DNA of 64,000 bases from Dudresnaya verticillata (taxonomy: Eukaryota), in assembly GCA_977862235.1 (NCBI GenBank), contig OZ374558.1, forward strand, positions 3,286,001 through 3,350,000, written 5' to 3'. The notes under the pieces are model-generated. The model saw only the letters and a program-made list of their open reading frames with translations, was not told the DNA's origin and ran no database searches. Made by a program: the position numbers and the translations under genes. This document shows positions 58,483 through 64,000 of the stretch, in pieces (position 1 is the stretch's first letter; each line of letters opens with the position of its first letter).

Positions 58483-59715
58483 GCGCCCCATGCCCTCGCG
58501 ATCGGGAAGCCAAAGAAAGCGCAATGCGTGTCGGGCGATCTATTTTGACGTCATGGATCATATCGGTCACTGCTGCCGGCCATTTTCTGCGACGTCACAT
58601 TTGGAGAGAGCAACGATTCGGCGCAGTCTTTCTACGGTCGACGCAGCCGCATTCGACAGCGGTGTGTACATGGACATGCCCGACAATGACGCCGAGAAGC
58701 GCGCGACTGCGCAGCTCCTCGCACAAACGACGACGAGCAGTAGTAATGAGAGACGCTGCGCTGCGCCCAGGGGGCCTCCCCCTTCGCAGCAATGCGGCAT
58801 AATGACTAGCTGGACTGGGAAGAAAAATTGGGGTGTGTGCGACTGCAAGTGCGTAAGTGCGCCCCTTGAATAGCATGCAACGTCTCCTCATCGTTGAGTT
58901 CCCCATCTCTCATCTCTCATCGTTGGCAGACTGTAGGCCGGGCGGCGAGGAGACGGCCTTCTTCGCCAGACAAAATGTTTATTGATTGCTTCAACGTGCT
59001 TCCCGCTTTCCGGTAGGGCATGCCAGGTTGCAAGAACGTTTTGCGCCTGGAATGCAGAAAATGGAGCTCAATGGAAGAAGGCCCGGCTCGACGGCAATGC
59101 GTTGGACAAGGCGCAAGCCCATTTCCACACTCCGTTCGAGACGGGATCGAGTCCCGCGAAGTGATTGTCGTGATTTTAAGCTTTTGCCGCACAGAACGCA
59201 AAGGTCGCTAATTGTCGATCCAGCGCTCGCCACAGTGCAGTACGCAAAAGTCAAAGTGTTTGCTGCAATGCGCTACATCGCGCCCCGCGTAACGCACGCG
59301 CGCTGAAGACGGCGCACGAGGCGTACGGCTCAACAGTGCTGTATGGGCCGTCAGCCCGAGTCCCGACTGTGAACAAATACGACTTACAACTTGAACGACG
59401 ACAGCGACCGGCGGTTCAGAGAGGCTGGAGCTTGCAGAAGTGAAATATGTACAATGTACCACTTTCAAGGTAGCGTGTCAAGTCCCGCAAATAGCCCTAT
59501 GGCAGGACGTAAGATCCTCCTCCAAGCGAGAAATTAGGAGACGCAAATTTGCTTTGAAGATCTTCGCAGAGAAGCAATGGGTACGGACGACTCTGGCGAG
59601 AGTGAGCCGGCGCACCAATCGGGTGAAGATCTGAAGATCTGACTAGTGCTTCTGAAAATAGCTCTTCAGCTTGCGTTGCAGAGGGAACATTGTAACACGT
59701 CAGCAGTTGTTGTAG

Positions 59716-60366
59716 GTGACCTGCGCTTCGCAGCATGAGAAAAGTCACAAACAAAATGAGAGCAACGATAGAGTGCATCTCGGCGGCTTCTTGATACAGC
59801 CAAAGAACATAGCATTAATGAAGAGAGGTTCTACGACTTGTAAATTACATAGCACTCGTAGTATTTCTCTAGTAAACAGGGTGCAGGAAGATCTTCTCGA
59901 AGAATGGGAGTATTTGAGACAGCAGACCCTATGGATTGAACCTGTATTCATTACGAGGCTACGGAACGGTCGCACGACGCGAGAGGAACTCGAGAGCAAA
60001 GAGGAGACAAGCCTTAGGCAGTTTGTATGGAAAGTTGTGTTGAGAAGTTGCGTGTCTCGGCATAGATTTTTCGTAACAAGGGGAGGAACGCAAAGCAATA
60101 TAGCAGCAAGGGATACAGCGCCCAAGATTGTTGTCGAGAGCAATCACGAACATGCTTACGTAGAAAATTCCCGGGATAAAAGGTATCTAGCGCAAGGTGA
60201 TTTTTGGTTGTGCGTGAAAGAAGATTCCCGCTTGTTCCAAGATAAAATCGTGTGCGCTCTTCAATCCTGCTCCGGTCCTACACCAATGCGTCTCTTTTGG
60301 ACAAATAAGGCCATGAGAGAGCAGCAACAGCTTTATTTGTTCGCGAGTGTGTGGGCTCCTTTCTGA
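59716..60366 (+). CDS. Hypothetical protein or gene fragment
   Basis: 216-codon open frame in moderate-GC DNA; no motif recognised; start uncertain. Confidence 0.25.
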   Translation: MTCASQHEKSHKQNESNDRVHLGGFLIQPKNIALMKRGSTTCKLHSTRSISLVNRVQEDLLEEWEYLRQQTLWIEPVFITRLRNGRTTREELESKEETSLRQFVWKVVLRSCVSRHRFFVTRGGTQSNIAARDTAPKIVVESNHEHAYVENSRDKRYLAQGDFWLCVKEDSRLFQDKIVCALQSCSGPTPMRLFWTNKAMREQQQLYLFASVWAPF

Positions 60367-61584
60367 TACAGAGCTTCTGCAGCTTCCTTTGTGAGTTTCG
60401 TGCATGCGTCTCCTGTACAAGGGATACCTGCGAGGTCCAAGCATCGCGTTGTTCACTGTTAAATGTCTGCGGCACTCTCGACCGTTCTTAGAGACTTGCA
60501 AACTGGTATTCTTGACACAACCTCCCGCTCTTCTACTTGTCATAAAGCGCACTGTGGGGGAAGACCTGTACGATGAATAGAGAGTTTGGCGATCTTTGGT
60601 GAGTTCTTTTAGTAAGCTTGGAATTACATTAACCTTATACCTAAGGGGGTATTACGCGGGGCTGCTTGCATGCACGTCAGCAAGTATGCAGATAGAATCC
60701 AATAATCAGCTGCATTCGCATTGTTTGGATTTGATGCGCCTGGACTGTTGTATGCGCAGGGAACGCAGTCCATTTTCCAAGCGAGCACAATATTGGGCCT
60801 GAAGGTTGATTAGACACGACTGTGAAGGTAGTCAACTCGAGAAGAGGAATCAAATTGAAATCGGGTCCACATGGCGGGCGTTGCTAGGCGTAATGCTGTC
60901 ATTATTATAGGCTGCGCCGAGGTATAAACACTTTTCTATCCAGAACGGAGAGTTTGCCGGTGGCGATGGACGCGAGAGTACTTGTTGCATTCAACGAGTT
61001 GCGCGAAAGAGAGAAGACTCGCAAATAGCACGGCATTGTTGCTCAAGAATCGCTTTCTCTCGGAAAAGAATGCTTCTTCTCACACGCACACACACACACA
61101 CACACCGTCATGTGGGCCTCTACTGTACCAATGCAAGTGGATTGCAGAAATGGACAGCTGCTACTGTACCGGACACTTAGTCTGAAGTTTTTCATCGACA
61201 ACTTGTCGATGTTGTTTGCACCGCAGTCGTGCTTCTGAGAGAGGTCAAGTCCCGCCAGACAGCTGCCTTTGCAACAATTACCTTTGGAGCGTGTTTGTGC
61301 TGTATGTCTAGTCTTTTTCTACGTGTGGATGCTTGGGCTTCAACAACAACCGTCTAGCGTACGTAGTGCTGGGGTGAGAGGCCCTTGTCTGGAGGGCCAA
61401 TAGCGGTTCGGCTGACCGCTGGGAAGGCCTTTAGAGGGACCGACTCTCTGGGAGGTTTTGGTTCGGGTTCTGTGATCTTTTTGACACTGGTCGCACATGG
61501 CATATGTCTACGACGACGACTAGTCGATGATCAACTATACCATTTTGCTATTCGCGATAACAAGGTAACACTTTTGGCCACGTA

Positions 61585-62333
61585 ATGTCACAATTTTGCG
61601 CCACTGCATCAACCATAGCCGTGCTGTTTCTGCTGGCGGTGGAGCTCCATTGCCAGCAAAGCGACAGTCATGTGGGTGCGTGCGATTGTCGGCGAGGCTG
61701 CAGAAATGCGGGTACCGCAGGTGCGCAACTACAGCAAAACGTTAGCCGCAAATGCAGAAACTGCACCCGGACCTGTAACGCCAACGGCGTCGGCCGCGTT
61801 GAGGCTAGTCGGTGCGGTCGGACTCCACGTCTGAGCCACAGTGGGTGCAGGCGCGCGCGCTACCGAGGGCGGCAGTGCACGCCACGCACGGCAGCGAGCG
61901 GCGCTGCAGCGCGGGAGAGGCAGTGGCAATGTAGCAACCGCACGCGGCGCAGTACTCCATCTCCCCAATTCGTCTTCTTCGCTAGCGCGGACGGACGGGG
62001 AGATCCTCAGAGGCCGCTTTCTTGGCACGCGCGAGCTCTGGATGACACTGGGTGGGGATTCGTTGGTGAGATGCATTCAGAAACCGCAGGGGTGCTTCGG
62101 AGGAAGCACGTTCGCAACACAAGGCCGTGATATCTGTCCGGCAAGCTTGCGGTAGCCAAGATGGCGGATGCTATACTCTTGCTTGGAAGTACAATTGTTG
62201 TGCCATCTATCTTACCGTACAAGGGCAGGGCGGCTGGTGCAGTGTAGAAACAATGATGTTTAGGTCTTGTGCAAAGGCAGCGGTAGAACGTTTCTACGAT
62301 AGCTATCCTAGAAACAGTAAGTTCTATCTCTGA
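61585..62333 (+). pseudogene. Possible secreted Cys/Arg-rich protein gene, apparently split over frames
   Basis: Hydrophobic leader (IAVLFLLAVELHC) then CDCRRGC...CRNCTRTC; protein-like Cys-rich segments continue in two other frames (61841-62155, 62127-62333). Confidence 0.35.
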
Positions 62334-63867
62334 GACCAAGTTGTCCGAGAAGCGGCGGTTGTGGCGCGGCCGTCGCCCACTCGCAGCCTGCGCCGGCCTG
62401 GCGCTCCTCTACGAGTGGTTGCAGACGCCACTTGCACTGCTGAGCGTAGCGGGCCGCGCGGCGTCATAGAGACGTGCGCGGCGCCGACAGACGATCCATG
62501 ACGGCGCGAGAACATCGGAAAAAGGCGGACTGCCGCGCTCGTGCGGTGTCGAATTGCAAGAGCAGTAGAAATGCGAACGCGCGCAACGACAATTCAACAC
62601 CGCAGCAGCCAATGACGCGCGCGGCATCTCGCGCTTGGACCATTGCTGCGATGTGCTTCCGCCGCGCCTCCTGGGCGCCCCGCCCCGCACCTCCAAGTGC
62701 TCCTGTCACTTGCAACGGCGCTGTGCCCCTTCAGCCGCATCCCTACCTCCCACCCGCAGACCGTAGCTCGCGCGGCAATGCGCGCGGCGTCTGTGAGACC
62801 AAGTGCGCTAGAAACATCGCGTGGGAACGGAATAGAGCGTTGCATCTCCGAAATGACGCTGACATTGCCACCGCCGAGCAAGGGAGACATAGCACATCAT
62901 ACACGCCCCCACGAATGAGCACGGCCGGACCACCGTCAGCGCTTGTTGCGCACATGTTCCGTGCAACATTCCGCTTGTTGCTGCATTCGCCGTTCGCAAG
63001 TGCGCAGCAGGCATGACATCGTACTCCTTGGCCGCAGCTCCAACCGTCAACTTGGTCGTCATAGCAGCCGGTCTTTGTCTGTCGCTGCGAACTTTCCATG
63101 TGCATTTTGTCTTCCTCCTCGAAGGGCGGACACGCCGGGGTGCGCTTCGTGTCCGGATACAGAAAAGGGGCAACTTGCTTGAATCCTGCAAGCGAGTCAA
63201 CATCATGGCGCTCTCACCACATAAACATCGCCCCGCTCTATCAGCTCTACAGCCACAGCAGCCTGTGCGCAAAGCGCGTGTGGAGCACGGGCTGAGGCAC
63301 GACGCGGAGTAGGCGCTGCAGCAACATGGCGTGCGACAAGCACGTCGGCGTGGAGCTTGTTGCGCTCAAATTGCGCGCTTCTCATACAATGAGCAACACC
63401 TCCGCCGTCGTCGTCGCTGCCTGCCGCCAGCTTCTCCTCTGACGTATCGCTGCTCCAGCCTCTTTCGCAACTTGCTTGGCGACTATGAAGACCGTGCCCG
63501 GATTTGCGCCGCCGCGAGCGCCGTTCCGTTTATTTTTGTAATGACACGTCCCTGCGCCGCCCGCCGAAACACTGCGAGCGGCAACAATTCTCGCAGACGT
63601 TCCTCAATAACTCCGGTCTCGCTCATGCCCGAAATAGTTCTCCTCGCCCCTAACCCAACTCAAACCCCCCCACGCATTGTACTGTAGCAACCCCCTCCTC
63701 GATAACGTAGGCAATCCCTATCTCCGCACGCATCCGCTCTTTCTATGCTTAAGCAGAGACAAGATGGTGCCACCACCTCGTTCCCCCATCTCACCTCACG
63801 CCCAATCCCTTCTGATGCACCCCCCTCCCATCGACTAGCTTGAGCATAGCGACCGCATCCAACGCCA

Positions 63868-64000
63868 ATGTATCTCGCTCTCTCCCTCTTCCTCCTTCTC
63901 CTCTCAACGTCCCCTTTCGTGTTCGCACAGCGCGAACTCGATGGCGTAAAGCTTCGCTGCTGCACCGTCCTCGCCTCTCCCTATGCCTTCCGCTCCGGAA
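63868..64000 (+). CDS. 5' end of a secreted or membrane protein gene (partial), possibly glutamate-receptor-like ligand-binding domain
   Basis: MYLALSLFLLLLSTSPFVFAQRELDGVKLRCCTVLASPYAFRSG..., open to the window edge; clear signal peptide. The product guess rests on a short LxGxxLR..TV...PY pattern only. Confidence 0.55.
   Translation, partial: MYLALSLFLLLLSTSPFVFAQRELDGVKLRCCTVLASPYAFRSG

Noticed and set aside
1..64000. CRISPR arrays, rRNA, tRNA, prokaryotic operons
   Set aside because: None seen; the repeats are TE-derived and the gene structure is eukaryotic.

Overview
Eukaryotic, intron-poor, repeat-rich DNA. A red alga is plausible from gene and TE style, but this is inference only. 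The main non-TE content is a cluster of eight paralogues between about 5.9 and 44.7 kb (7 intact, 1 pseudogene). They encode a small, secreted, strongly cationic protein with an invariant 8-Cys frame, C-x13-15-C-x27-32-C-x15-C-x7-CRC-x7-8-C-x7-CA, which I cannot assign to a known family. Most members have a TATA box about 100-125 bp upstream. One member and its pseudogene lie in an old tandem segmental duplication. One duplicate later received a full-length CRE-type non-LTR retrotransposon (13-bp TSD) and, about 85 bp away, a young Ty1/copia element (5-bp TSD, LTRs about 99% identical, no tRNA-type PBS). The other duplicate keeps both empty sites. The window also has three 174-175 bp solo-LTR-like repeats with 4-bp TSDs, several truncated CRE 3' fragments, a MITE-like foldback, and a secreted Pro/Gln/Ala-rich peptide gene. 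A head-to-head pair of non-RD casein-kinase-1-like genes follows, one of them a probable pseudokinase. A signal-peptide gene starts at the right edge and runs off the window.
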